DNA of 59,511 nucleotides from a virus (IMGVR_UViG_3300003332_000138:1-59511), one strand, 5' to 3'; positions 17,416 to 27,763 are shown, counted from the stretch's first letter. Notes: generated by a model from the sequence alone, not told the origin. Numbers and translations: made by a program.

Positions 17416-18940
17416 TACCCAGGAACTTAAAGAGATTGAAAAATATCTGGGCGATATCGAATGGCGGCTGGATAACCTCTATTACATCAAAGACAAGTAC
17501 GGAAAAGTTATAAAGTTTGTGCGGAATGAGTCGCAGATGGAGCTTTGGCGCAACCGGCACTTCCTGAACATTATTTTGAAAGATCGTCAGCGTGGGTTTT
17601 CCACTCTGATTGCAATTCTGATCCTTGATACCTGCTTTTTTAATAGCCACCAGGAGTGTGGCATTATTGACATCTCTTTACCGGATGGAAAGAAGAAACT
17701 GGCAAAAATCCATTTTGCTTACGAGCGCTTGCCGGAAGAATTAACGGCTGAGAATCCTTTGGTGACCGATAACAAGGAAGCACTGGAATGGGAGAATGGC
17801 TCCACAGTTTATGTTGGCACTTCTCATCGTGGTGGAACATTACAGATTCTTCATATCTCTGAAGCTGGAAAGATATCTGCAAGAAATCCGGAAAAAGCAA
17901 GAGAGATACGAACAGGAGCGATGAACACAATTGCTCCGGGATGTTGGATTTTTAACGAGTCAACAGCAGAAGGTGTCGGTGGAGAGTTCTACGAAGACTG
18001 TCAGACAGCACAGCAGCTGGAGAGAACAGGATCCAGACTTACATCTCTGGATTATAAATTTCATTTCTTCGGCTGGTGGATGGGAAACCACAACGAACTG
18101 GATCCTACTGGCATCAGCTTCGATTCGCATGAGGACAGAAAATACTTCGATGAACTTGAAGAAGAGATCGGAGAAAAGCTGAGTACACGCAAACGGGCAT
18201 GGTATGTCAAAAAGCGGGCCCAGCAGAAAGATGACATGCTTAGAGAGTTTCCGTCTACCCCGGAAGAAGCATTTAAGGCGGCAATCGAAGGAGCATATCT
18301 TTCTAAGCAGCTGAATTTTCTCTACTCAAACGGGCGTATTGGAATAGTTCCCCATGACCCTGCTGTTCCTGTTAATTCAGGTTGGGATTTTGGAATCAGT
18401 GATCATATGACTATCTGGTTTCATCAGCGTGTAGGACTACAGCATAGACTTATTGGTTACATGGCTGGAACAGATGACGATGTTTTGTATTACTGGATGC
18501 AGATGCAAAAACTACAATATATTTGGGGTAAACACTTCCTGCCACATGATGGAGCAGCCAGGCGAATAGGCACTGCCAAGAGTGGAGAAGCACCACCACA
18601 AACAATTGAAGATATCTTGAATGATGCAGGGATGCAAAACACTGAGATAGTACCAAGGATCGAAAAGAAATTTACTGCTATTCAAGAAGTAAGGCAATTT
18701 ATGCCCAAGTGCTTCTTTGATGAAAAAGAGTGTGCCGATGGCATCAAGTGCCTGCAGAACTTCAAGCGAGAGTGGGATGAAAAAATGGGCTGCTGGAAGG
18801 ACAGGCCGTTACATAACTGGGCAATGCACGGATATGACGGAATCGAAACCCTTATTCGTGGCCTTGGCATATATGGGGACGCTGTGTCCAATGTGTCACA
18901 AAGAAGATCACAGGTTCCACCACCAAACCCTTATGTGTAG
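17408..18940 (+). CDS. terL: Terminase large subunit
   Basis: WRLDNLYYI, LKDRQRGFST (Walker A variant), LHISE, ESTAEG, WDFG, LPHD, PLHNWAMH. Confidence 0.95.
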   Translation: MSDTQELKEIEKYLGDIEWRLDNLYYIKDKYGKVIKFVRNESQMELWRNRHFLNIILKDRQRGFSTLIAILILDTCFFNSHQECGIIDISLPDGKKKLAKIHFAYERLPEELTAENPLVTDNKEALEWENGSTVYVGTSHRGGTLQILHISEAGKISARNPEKAREIRTGAMNTIAPGCWIFNESTAEGVGGEFYEDCQTAQQLERTGSRLTSLDYKFHFFGWWMGNHNELDPTGISFDSHEDRKYFDELEEEIGEKLSTRKRAWYVKKRAQQKDDMLREFPSTPEEAFKAAIEGAYLSKQLNFLYSNGRIGIVPHDPAVPVNSGWDFGISDHMTIWFHQRVGLQHRLIGYMAGTDDDVLYYWMQMQKLQYIWGKHFLPHDGAARRIGTAKSGEAPPQTIEDILNDAGMQNTEIVPRIEKKFTAIQEVRQFMPKCFFDEKECADGIKCLQNFKREWDEKMGCWKDRPLHNWAMHGYDGIETLIRGLGIYGDAVSNVSQRRSQVPPPNPYV

Positions 18941-18949
18941 TGAGTTGAT

Positions 18950-21199
18950 ATGAATGCTATGACAGAAACTAAAAAAATGGGGTGCAGCACACCTCAGTTG
19001 ATGTTGATCCTGCAGGAAATAGAGAATCAACCGGCATGGCGCACCCAGGCAGATAAGGAAGCTGATTATATCGATGGTAATCAGCTGGACAATGAAAAAC
19101 TGCAGGATCAGGTATCCAAGGGTATTGCCCCACTTATCGAAAATGTCATGGGTCGGGTTGTTAATGATATCAGAGGTATTGAGGCCAAGAACCACACGGA
19201 CCTGAAGGCCATTGCTGAAGATATGAAGGCGAATATCGATGTTGTTGATGCCGTTAATCAGAAACTTGCCAAGGCCGAGCGTGAATCAGGTGCTGATCGT
19301 GCTGTAACACTTGCCCATGCCAAGCAGATTGGTGTTGGTCTTGGATGGGCTGAGGTTGCCAGGGAACCGAATCCTTTTAAATTCCCCTACCGGGTGTCAG
19401 AGATTCACCGTAACGAAATATGGTGGGATATGCGCAGTCGGGAACCGGATCTGTCGGATGCTATGTGGCTGCTCAGAAAGAAATGGTCAAATGTTGAGGC
19501 CGTTGTTTCTCAGTTTAAAGGCAAAGAGCAAATGATTCGGGCGGCTTCTTCCACATCAACCAATTTCGATGAACTCACATTTGTAAGTGATGGTGGCGGT
19601 GAGACGGGACTAGGACAATCCCTTGATATAACCCGTGGCTGGACCATTGAGGAATCTGAATGGCGGGACTTTGAAACAAATCGTGTCTGTCTGATTGAGG
19701 TCTATACCAGGCATCATAGAACAGCCATCGTTTTCAAATTGCAGGACGGCAGAATCCTTGAATACGACAAGAAAGACGAGCTGCACAGGCAGGCCGTTCT
19801 TTCAGGTGTACAGCTTGTAAAAGCTACGGTATCCGATATCTACAAGACATTCTTTCTTGGCCCCCATGTTCTGCATGAAGAAAAGGTGAAGACCACCACT
19901 GGCAGGTTCCCATACATTCCATTTTTTGGTGAGCGCGAAGATAGAACGGGCATTCCTTTTGGTTCTGCCAGGAGCTTAATGTCTCAGCAGGATGAATTGA
20001 ATTCTCGTAACTCCCAGTTGTTTTGGGGGCTTGGTGCAGTGAGGACAAAACGCACGGAAGGTGCTGTGGCAATGTCAGATGCTGATTTCAGGCAGATGAT
20101 AGGCCGACGTGATGCTGATATTGTTTTAGACGAAAAGGCCATGCGGACGGGGGGAATCTTTGAAGTTGAAAGAGATTTCAACGCCAATTCTCAGCAGTTT
20201 GAACGGCTGAATGATATCAGGAATTCGATGCATACTGTTTCTGGTGTTTCTGAAAGTTTTCAGGGGCAGGGTGGATCTAATCAGACATCATCTGGTTTAT
20301 CCATGCAGATTGAGCAATCCCAGCAGAGCCTGGCCACAATAACAGACAACCTTCGGTATGCACGGATGATGCTGGGTGATGCCCTGATAGAGATGATCAT
20401 CGAAGACTTTGAGGATGATGAAGATGTCCTGATTGAGGGGAATATCCTCAAAGATGACAGGTGGGTGAAGATCAACGCTTCTACTGTGGATGAAGCAACC
20501 GGGAAAGCATACAAAACAAACGATGTGCAGCGGGTGAAGATTACCATGTCTCTTGCCGATGTTCCCAGCACTCCATCGTATAGACAACAGGCGTTATCAG
20601 CACTTACCGAGTTTGCCAAGAGCTCCAGTCCCGCTATTCAGCAGATTTTATCACCACATATTGCAGCTCTTGCAGAAGTACCCAACCGTGAGGAGATTGT
20701 TGAGGCTATTCGTAATGCGGAACATGCTCCGACTGAAGAGGAGATTGAACAGCAGATTAAAGATGCTGTTGACCAGGCTTTAATGAAGGCACAAACGGCT
20801 CTCAAGGAACAGGAGATTGCGCTCAAGACCAGAGAACTTGATATCAAAGAAGATGTTGGTATCGCTCAGATTCAAAAAATGCTGGCTGAGACTGTGAACA
20901 AGGCTATTGAATCTATCTACTCAGCGACTCAGGCAGGACGCGAGATAGCAGCAACTCCACAAATAGCAGGAGTTGCGGATCAGATTTTAGGTTCTGCAGG
21001 TTTTGAAGATAGTGATCTTCCACCGGTTATTGTTACTCCGGATGCGATGGTAAGTGAGTTATCTCCTGAACCAGCACAAAACACATCTCCCATGTTTCCA
21101 CCTCGAGTACAGGAACCTGATCTTGAGATGGCGGCAATGGAAGAAGATGCAGCACTGGAGAATCCTGGTGTTGGAATGCAGGAAGGAATTGAAGCATGA
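18950..21199 (+). CDS. Portal protein (P22/933W-like)
   Basis: DYIDGNQ, G.GWAEV, FPYIPFFG.R, QDELN.R; follows TerL. Confidence 0.92.
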   Translation: MNAMTETKKMGCSTPQLMLILQEIENQPAWRTQADKEADYIDGNQLDNEKLQDQVSKGIAPLIENVMGRVVNDIRGIEAKNHTDLKAIAEDMKANIDVVDAVNQKLAKAERESGADRAVTLAHAKQIGVGLGWAEVAREPNPFKFPYRVSEIHRNEIWWDMRSREPDLSDAMWLLRKKWSNVEAVVSQFKGKEQMIRAASSTSTNFDELTFVSDGGGETGLGQSLDITRGWTIEESEWRDFETNRVCLIEVYTRHHRTAIVFKLQDGRILEYDKKDELHRQAVLSGVQLVKATVSDIYKTFFLGPHVLHEEKVKTTTGRFPYIPFFGEREDRTGIPFGSARSLMSQQDELNSRNSQLFWGLGAVRTKRTEGAVAMSDADFRQMIGRRDADIVLDEKAMRTGGIFEVERDFNANSQQFERLNDIRNSMHTVSGVSESFQGQGGSNQTSSGLSMQIEQSQQSLATITDNLRYARMMLGDALIEMIIEDFEDDEDVLIEGNILKDDRWVKINASTVDEATGKAYKTNDVQRVKITMSLADVPSTPSYRQQALSALTEFAKSSSPAIQQILSPHIAALAEVPNREEIVEAIRNAEHAPTEEEIEQQIKDAVDQALMKAQTALKEQEIALKTRELDIKEDVGIAQIQKMLAETVNKAIESIYSATQAGREIAATPQIAGVADQILGSAGFEDSDLPPVIVTPDAMVSELSPEPAQNTSPMFPPRVQEPDLEMAAMEEDAALENPGVGMQEGIEA

Positions 21200-21235
21200 A
21201 ATAGAAAAATAATAAGAAGTATTTAACAATTGGGT

Positions 21236-21336
21236 TCCTCAGTTCTGGTTGATCCCCAGAACTGAGGACGTAAGACAAAAAAACCGCTGTATGGAGCGAA
21301 GGGGCCATACCCCCTTCTCTGTACGGCGGTTTTTTT
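21236..21336 (+). promoter_or_regulatory. Late leader 2: 13-bp hairpin with TTGATCC loop, then terminator
   Basis: TCCTCAGTTCTGG-TTGATCC-CCAGAACTGAGGA; AAACCGCTGTA...TACGGCGGTTTTTTT. Confidence 0.8.
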
Positions 21337-21423
21337 ATGCCCAACATAAACACGTTACCTGGATGGGTGACGTAAAAGAAATAACGCAGCCTGGATGGGC
21401 AGCGCAGAAAGAAGGTGGTGTGA

Positions 21424-22461
21424 ATGGCTACAGAAATTAATGCAGTGGATGCTGCAGAGTCGGCAGTTGAAAACGGTTTTGATGCAGATGGCAATATCTC
21501 GGATGAGAACATGGCAGCGGCATTGACCGGTGGGGAAATTGAACTCGAAACGAAAGTCGAGACTGAAACGGATGTGAAGGTTGAGACAGATGTTGAGCAG
21601 GACGATGACAAGCCAGGTGATTTGAAAGATGAGCCACAGGGCGACCCTGATACTGACAAAGATGATGTGCCAACAGGTGTGCAGTCAAAAAAAGGAGATT
21701 TTATCATTCCTTACGATGACCTGATTAAGGAACGTGACGGACGGCATACAGAAAGGGCCAGGGCAGATGGTTTACAGGAGCAACTTAATGCGGCCAATAA
21801 ACGGCTTACTGAAGTGACAACTCCTGTGGCTGGCGATCTGGAAACAGATAAGGAGCCCGGTACCCAGGATAAAGACACCCCTGATAAGCAGAAGGTGATC
21901 TCGCAAGAGGCGCTTGATGAAATGATGGAGGATTACCCGCAGGCGGGTGCCGCCATTATGGCTCTCGTTAAAAGCAATGAACTGTTGGTGCAGCAGGTCG
22001 GAGACCTGACAAATCAATCAGAAGACAATGCTGTCACTGTGGCGTTGGGTGAACACGTTAATACCATTATTGGCGTACACAATGACTACGAGGCAATTTT
22101 AGACTCCGGTCGTTTGAAAGAATGGATCAATGGGTTACCAGCTCTGGATAGAGAAGGGCCTGAGAGAGTCTTCAATTCAGGTAATACCAAGGAAGTTATC
22201 GAGCTAGTGGACAAATTTAAAGCAGAAACCACCAGTGAAGATGATCCACCAAAGGTAGATCCGGACAAAAAGATAGCTGATGCCGAGGCAAAAGCAGCAA
22301 ACGAAACCAATACCCCTGTGAGTTTAAGCGACATTCCGGGCAGCGTTCAGCCCCATGATGAGCAGAACGCTCTTCTGGAGATGTCTCAGGGGAATTTTAT
22401 GGACAAAATGAGCAATCTTTCAGCCGCCGATCAGTTGGCAGCGCTGGATAAGATGCTTTAA
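21424..22461 (+). CDS. Capsid scaffolding protein
   Basis: Acidic, coiled-coil, IIPY motif, P.SLSDIPG near C-terminus; between portal and capsid. Confidence 0.75.
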   Translation: MATEINAVDAAESAVENGFDADGNISDENMAAALTGGEIELETKVETETDVKVETDVEQDDDKPGDLKDEPQGDPDTDKDDVPTGVQSKKGDFIIPYDDLIKERDGRHTERARADGLQEQLNAANKRLTEVTTPVAGDLETDKEPGTQDKDTPDKQKVISQEALDEMMEDYPQAGAAIMALVKSNELLVQQVGDLTNQSEDNAVTVALGEHVNTIIGVHNDYEAILDSGRLKEWINGLPALDREGPERVFNSGNTKEVIELVDKFKAETTSEDDPPKVDPDKKIADAEAKAANETNTPVSLSDIPGSVQPHDEQNALLEMSQGNFMDKMSNLSAADQLAALDKML

Positions 22462-22484
22462 CAAAATAGTAAGGAGTATTTGAG

Positions 22485-23759
22485 ATGCCTACCAATATCC
22501 CATGGGGAGATGTAAAAGCGATTCGTAAGCAGTCGGCTGGTTTATTCACTGCAACGATGCAACGTAGTACCAATCTTGGCCGCATGACCGGGAAGCTTCC
22601 CACCCAGGCAGATGCTGAGAATAAACTTCGGTTCCAGTCCAGTAATGATATGCCAATCGTTACCTGTATGGATCTGGCAAAGAATAAAGGTGATGAGGTC
22701 GAATTTGACTACATCCAGGCCTTGAGCGGGTACCCGATTATGGGCAGCGAGATTGCAGCAGGTAAGGGCAAGTCTCTTTCATGGTCTGAAGGTCGTCTGC
22801 GTATTAATCAGGCTCGTTATCCAATCGATGGCGGTAATGCAATGTCCCGTCAGCGTACCGTGCATGAGATTCGTAAACTATGCCGTGCCTTGGGCTTTAA
22901 CTACATGACCCGTTATCAGGACCAGCGAATTATTGTTCATGCTGCCGGCGCCCGTGGTTTTGCCAGTGACATTGAGTGGGCTATTCCTCTTGCTGCACAT
23001 GAGAAGTTTGCCGAGGTTATGGTCAATCCTGTGCTGGCTCCTACACGTAACCGGCACTTTATGAGTACTGGTACAGGTATGGAGGGCATTGCCGCATCTG
23101 GTGATGAGATCACTATCGAAACCACTGATATCATGAACACCGATCTGGTTGATGCAATTGCAACAAAGATTGATGGTATGCCCCTGCCTCCTCCTCCTGT
23201 CATCTTCAAGGATGATCAGTTGGCCTATGACAGTCCTACCCGTGTATTGCTGGTTTCCAGTGAGCAGTACAACTCCTTCCTGAAGTCTGGCGATTTCCGT
23301 ACCTGGCAGAGTAACGCTATGGCTCGGGCAAGACTTGCTAAGGACAATCCACTGTTCCTTGGAGAAGCTGGTCTGTGGCGTGGAATCCTCATCGTGAAAA
23401 TGCCTAAGCCTATTCGTTTCCGTGCTGGTGATCCTCTCAACTGGTGTGCATCAAGAACCAGCGCAGACGAAACAATCACCGATGTGGTTCCAGCATCTTT
23501 TGGAACTACCCATGCGGTTGATCGTGCCATTCTGCTTGGTGGCCAGAGTGTTGCCCAGGCCTTTGGTAAGACCAAGAAGTCCGGAAATCCCTTCTTCTGG
23601 GAAGAGGAAACCTCTGACTTTGGTGACAAAGAGGAAATCATGGTTGGTGATATGGCTGGAGTCTCCAAGATCCGCTTTGATATCGATCATGGTGAGCAGA
23701 TTGAACCAACAGATCTTGGTGCTATGGTTTTTGACACCGCTGTTGAGCTCTCTGCGTAA
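22485..23759 (+). CDS. Major capsid protein (N4-gp56/DUF4043, 933W-like)
   Basis: PIV...DL.K.KGDEV, NPLF.GE.G.W.GILI, VDRAILLGGQ. Confidence 0.92.
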   Translation: MPTNIPWGDVKAIRKQSAGLFTATMQRSTNLGRMTGKLPTQADAENKLRFQSSNDMPIVTCMDLAKNKGDEVEFDYIQALSGYPIMGSEIAAGKGKSLSWSEGRLRINQARYPIDGGNAMSRQRTVHEIRKLCRALGFNYMTRYQDQRIIVHAAGARGFASDIEWAIPLAAHEKFAEVMVNPVLAPTRNRHFMSTGTGMEGIAASGDEITIETTDIMNTDLVDAIATKIDGMPLPPPPVIFKDDQLAYDSPTRVLLVSSEQYNSFLKSGDFRTWQSNAMARARLAKDNPLFLGEAGLWRGILIVKMPKPIRFRAGDPLNWCASRTSADETITDVVPASFGTTHAVDRAILLGGQSVAQAFGKTKKSGNPFFWEEETSDFGDKEEIMVGDMAGVSKIRFDIDHGEQIEPTDLGAMVFDTAVELSA

Positions 23760-23767
23760 GCAATAGT

Positions 23768-23806
23768 CATTACCGGGTGTCCTCTTAATGGAGATGCCCG
23801 GTAATG
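23768..23806 (+). other. Strong inverted repeat after capsid gene (mRNA-stabilising or attenuating hairpin)
   Basis: CATTACCGGG...CCCGGTAATG, no T tract on +. Confidence 0.6.
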
Positions 23807-23831
23807 CAAACCATAAATAAGGAGTTTTAAG

Positions 23832-24320
23832 ATGGCTGATGTAACTAGAAAATATGCCCATTCCATGCGAAAGCATCAGGGCATTACCGCCTATGGCAAT
23901 CTCAGTGCGATTAAATGCACCTTTGAGACCAATGCTTCCGGTGTCTTTGTTGATTCTAACCAGGCAAGTGCTGTGGTCCAGGCTGATGTTGTTCGCCTTG
24001 GTCCCGTGCTTCCTGCAGGAATGGAACTGCATGACATGCTGGCAATTGTCTCTTCTGCGTTCACTGCGCTGACGACTGCCAAGGTCGGTTTTGCCTATGT
24101 TGACGGTGTTGATGATGCGGATGTTCCACAGGATGATGATTACTTTGCTGCGGCTCTGGCAACCAATGCTGCTGCCAGAACTAGAGCGACCAATGCAGCG
24201 GTTGTTCCAGTGAAGCTGCCAAAGGATGCGTTTCTCACCTTGACAGTAGCGGGTGCGGATCATGCTTCTGCCGGACGTCTTGATATTATCGTCACTGGCA
24301 TCATGAAAGGCGTGGAATAA
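23832..24320 (+). CDS. Probable capsid decoration/minor head protein
   Basis: Beta-rich, immediately after MCP, strong SD. Confidence 0.65.
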   Translation: MADVTRKYAHSMRKHQGITAYGNLSAIKCTFETNASGVFVDSNQASAVVQADVVRLGPVLPAGMELHDMLAIVSSAFTALTTAKVGFAYVDGVDDADVPQDDDYFAAALATNAAARTRATNAAVVPVKLPKDAFLTLTVAGADHASAGRLDIIVTGIMKGVE

Positions 24321-24344
24321 GCACGAAAAGTGTTTTGCATAAAT

Positions 24345-24378
24345 AAAAATCGGGGTGGCTACGGCTTCCCCGATTTTT
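24345..24378 (+). terminator. Intrinsic terminator
   Basis: AAAAATCGGGG...CCCCGATTTTT. Confidence 0.75.
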
Positions 24379-24411
24379 CAAAAGGAATCCACGAAGGAAA
24401 GGTGACAACGA

Positions 24412-25245
24412 ATGAAGAATGAAAATATAGCGAAGGTCTGCCATGAGGTGAATCGGGCATACAGCGCGGCCATTGGTGATTTTGACACAGTGCCATGGGA
24501 AGAGGCTCCAAAGAGTCAGGTTGAGAGTTGCCTTACCGGTGTGGCATTCCATCTTGAGAATGAACACAATCCGGAAGAGTCTCACGAGTCCTGGATGAAG
24601 CAAAAAGAAGATGATGGCTGGATCTTCGGGGAAGAGAAGGATGAAGAGCTGAAAACACATCCTTGCATGGTTCCTTATGAGGACCTTCCTGTTGAGCAGA
24701 AGGCAAAGGACTTTATCTTTGCTGCCATTGTTAATGCTATGGCTGGAATGGATGTACAGACTGTGGTGGAGACTGCCCTTAAAGATATCAAAGTGGGTGG
24801 CAGTGTTCAGGATATTTCCAAAACTGTAACAAGCCTGGTACCGGTGAAATATGTGGGTCGTCGTAATGTGTATACCGATGGCACTTGTGGAACTGGTCTC
24901 ACTTTTGTGAAAGGTGAAACAAAGCTTATCACTCCTGCCAGGGCTGCAAAGATGCTGAAGCATAAAGGGGTTTATATCCTGGGTGAGATGGTAACAGAGG
25001 TTGCCACTAAGGATGCAGCTGCAGAAGACAAGGTGGAAGAGTCTGATGAAGTTGATGAAACTGTTGTTAAAGAACAGCTTATTCAAGGTGCGAAGGATTC
25101 CATCATGAATATGAAGACCAAGGCTCCAATCATGGAGTTTGCAGCACGAAACTTTTCAGGGGTTAATCTGGATAATAAGCATACTGTTGCAGACCTGCAG
25201 CAGGAAGCTATTCAGATGATCGATCAGTTCGGGCTTGTCAATTGA
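24412..25245 (+). CDS. RyR-domain protein fused to a head-module domain
   Basis: IAKVCHEVNRAY, PEESHESW...K..DGW.FG..KD...KTHPC.VPY..LP..QK.KD. Confidence 0.8.
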   Translation: MKNENIAKVCHEVNRAYSAAIGDFDTVPWEEAPKSQVESCLTGVAFHLENEHNPEESHESWMKQKEDDGWIFGEEKDEELKTHPCMVPYEDLPVEQKAKDFIFAAIVNAMAGMDVQTVVETALKDIKVGGSVQDISKTVTSLVPVKYVGRRNVYTDGTCGTGLTFVKGETKLITPARAAKMLKHKGVYILGEMVTEVATKDAAAEDKVEESDEVDETVVKEQLIQGAKDSIMNMKTKAPIMEFAARNFSGVNLDNKHTVADLQQEAIQMIDQFGLVN

Positions 25246-25904
25246 ACGCAGAAGAGCTGATAGAGGCTGTTGTCGATATCATCCAGGATGACAGTATTGA
25301 GGGAGAGGAGATTCTCTCCTATCTCAACCTTGGGCAACTGGCGATTGCAAACAGGGTATTACTTCCTGGTCTTGCTGATGGACATGCCACTTTGTCCACT
25401 GTACTTGACGACTTCATGGTTTCACTGCCGACTGATTATCACCGTGGTCTTTTTCTTGCTCAGAGTGACGATAGCATCCCGACGGTGGTTAAAACCATGG
25501 GTGATATTGTCACTGTCACTGGAATGCCGTTGTCTAAGGACACAGGATCTGCAGTCAATATAGTTGCAGCCCAAGCTAGGAAGTTTGTGTATCAGCCGGT
25601 ACCGGAAGCGGGGGCAGAAGTAGAGATATTCTATCACCGCAAGCCAATACCAATGACAGAAAGTAATAAGAGCTTTCCTGATGGCTTATCTGCAGACAGT
25701 TCGGGGAATGATGATGCTGACCAGGCACTTATTTATTACGCATGTTGGCGTTCTTTTGCAAAGATTGAACAGGGATTGGAAGGTGCGAAGGTTGATACAA
25801 AATACTACCTCGGTCTGTTTGAAGAGACGCTGGAGATAATTGACCTACACAGTACCAGAGAGGGAAAGTCTTATCCTAAACCTCTTCCTAATAAGGTGTG
25901 GTGA
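25242..25904 (+). CDS. Head-tail adaptor
   Basis: Position; IL.YLN.G...IA and AL.YYA..R helical pattern. Confidence 0.65.
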   Translation: MNAEELIEAVVDIIQDDSIEGEEILSYLNLGQLAIANRVLLPGLADGHATLSTVLDDFMVSLPTDYHRGLFLAQSDDSIPTVVKTMGDIVTVTGMPLSKDTGSAVNIVAAQARKFVYQPVPEAGAEVEIFYHRKPIPMTESNKSFPDGLSADSSGNDDADQALIYYACWRSFAKIEQGLEGAKVDTKYYLGLFEETLEIIDLHSTREGKSYPKPLPNKVW

Positions 25905-26827
25905 TGGGTAAACCTCGGAACCTTTTTTCTGGAACATCTGGGCTTAACACTGTTTCTGATCCTGTTCGTATTTCTTATGATCCCGAAACAGGAGTATCGG
26001 ATTTAGCCGAAGCGGTAAATATCACAATTGATCAGTCTGGGAGACCGAATAGAAGGCGTGGCTTTTTAAAAAAGCAAGATGGCCTTTTTCATTCTGCTTT
26101 TTGTGATGGTGGCGATTGTTTTTGTATTCAAGACAGAGAAGACAATGCAGCAATTATGCAGATTGCCCAGGATTTTTCTTTGACTGGTATCAGGAGCGGT
26201 CTTCCCCTGGAGAGGCGTGTTGCGTTCTGTCAGGTTGGTTCGCAGACGTTCTATCTCAATGGCCTACAGAATGGTGTGATTGAGGATGGAGTATCCAGGC
26301 CTTGGCCGGTTGATGAATATGTTGGTGTCGAGACTGACAGGGTTTTTTCGCCGGCTCCGGTTGGTGAGCATTTTGCGTGGATGAACGGCAGGATGTTTAT
26401 CAGTGAGGGTAAGGTTGTCTGGTGGTCTGAATTATTTAAGTATGGCCTCTTTGAGAAGAAAAAATCGTTCTGGCAGTTCCATACAAAGATCCGAATGATA
26501 AAGCCTGTTGCGTCAGGACTTTTTATCTCTGACGAAAAGAACACTTGGTTTTATGGATTTGGTAATCCCAACGAACCAGAGATCCTTGCAAAGGTAGCAG
26601 ATTACCCAGCACTGGAATGGTCAGACTCCATTGAATACGTGGAAGGGGCTGATATTGGGCTTAATAGCGGATTATGCGCTTTATGGTCGAGTACAGAAGG
26701 GGCATGTCTTGGAACAGCTTCCGGACAGTTTCTGAACTTAACAAAAGAGAAAATAATCTATCCAAAGGAAACCCGGCAAGGAGCTGGGCTTTTGGTTGGG
26801 TACAATTTTATTCACACAGTGAGATGA
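25904..26827 (+). CDS. Tail/nozzle-like virion protein
   Basis: GLN....P, A.N..ID..G...RR.G; beta-rich. Confidence 0.6.
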   Translation: MGKPRNLFSGTSGLNTVSDPVRISYDPETGVSDLAEAVNITIDQSGRPNRRRGFLKKQDGLFHSAFCDGGDCFCIQDREDNAAIMQIAQDFSLTGIRSGLPLERRVAFCQVGSQTFYLNGLQNGVIEDGVSRPWPVDEYVGVETDRVFSPAPVGEHFAWMNGRMFISEGKVVWWSELFKYGLFEKKKSFWQFHTKIRMIKPVASGLFISDEKNTWFYGFGNPNEPEILAKVADYPALEWSDSIEYVEGADIGLNSGLCALWSSTEGACLGTASGQFLNLTKEKIIYPKETRQGAGLLVGYNFIHTVR

Positions 26828-26919
26828 AAGTAGAAACTCTTGTCCGTATTTTAATCAGAGTAGCGAAACAGTTCATATCGCTTGCCGAACAAGCATTGCA
26901 AGAATCTGACAAAAAGTAA
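26824..26919 (+). CDS. 31-aa amphipathic peptide
   Basis: MKVETLVRILIRVAKQFISLAEQALQESDKK; ATGA-coupled. Confidence 0.5.
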   Translation: MKVETLVRILIRVAKQFISLAEQALQESDKK

Positions 26920-26928
26920 GTAAAAATA

Positions 26929-27018
26929 CGCTGAAAACCCTCTCCTCGGACACGGAAGAAAGCGAATAGACCATCACGCCAATTAGGCCTCGTGGAAAAA
27001 GTAGTAAATCCACGAGGT
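26929..27018 (+). promoter_or_regulatory. Structured leader whose 3' hairpin occludes the SD of the next gene
   Basis: CCTCGTGGA (26988-26996) pairs with TCCACGAGG (27009-27017), which contains GAGG. Confidence 0.55.
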
Positions 27019-27025
27019 AAATAAA

Positions 27026-27760
27026 ATGGCACTTCGACTTTCAACCGGACTCCGAGAAGCAATGATGGGTGGAGATGCGGAGATCAAAGAGATCGTAACA
27101 TCTTCCGTTATTTCTTTTGGTGACGGTGACGGTACAGACAGTAGAGATACTATCAATGACAGTGGCAATGGCCTGGGTGTCTTTGATGTTGATGATTACA
27201 TCCAGGTAAAAGATTCCACCAGTAATGATGGAAAATATAGAATCCGCTCTGTTGCTGCAGGGATCATTGAGGTTGACGCTGGTAGTTTTGTCAATGAAGT
27301 GACTGGAGCAGATGTCGTTCTCGCGACTGCCAAAGGTGGTTCAATGAAGAATGCGCTGGCCTTTGGTCGGCTTGACATCTACTCAGGAACCCAGCCGCTT
27401 GATGCTGACTCAGCGGAAACTGGTACCTTGCTTGTAAGTATTACTCTTGGGTCTGGGACTTTTGTACCAGGAACCAAAACAAACGGTATCAATCTCAAAG
27501 AACTTGGAAGTGATGCTTCCGGGACAACATTATCGAAGGCGATTGCTGAAGCGTGGTCAGGATCTGCAGTTGCTTCAGCTACTGCCGGTTGGTTTAGGCA
27601 TTATGATAATGCTGTTGATACTGGTATTTCCACCTCGGCCGTTCGGGCAGATGGTGCAGTCGGTACAAGTGGAGCAGAACTGAATATGTCGAATACGACT
27701 ATCTCAAGCGGTGGAACCACATCCATTGATCAGGCTGACTTTACACTTCCTGCTGTGTAA
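27026..27760 (+). CDS. Virion structural protein
   Basis: MALRLSTGLR, IYSGTQP..AD, ATAGWFR, RADGAVGTSGAELN. Confidence 0.75.
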   Translation: MALRLSTGLREAMMGGDAEIKEIVTSSVISFGDGDGTDSRDTINDSGNGLGVFDVDDYIQVKDSTSNDGKYRIRSVAAGIIEVDAGSFVNEVTGADVVLATAKGGSMKNALAFGRLDIYSGTQPLDADSAETGTLLVSITLGSGTFVPGTKTNGINLKELGSDASGTTLSKAIAEAWSGSAVASATAGWFRHYDNAVDTGISTSAVRADGAVGTSGAELNMSNTTISSGGTTSIDQADFTLPAV

Positions 27761-27763
27761 TCG

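Noticed and set aside
21033-25086. Long minus-strand ORFs (21033-21707, 23451-24263, 24301-25086)
   Set aside because: Antisense shadows of well-supported structural genes, with no motifs.
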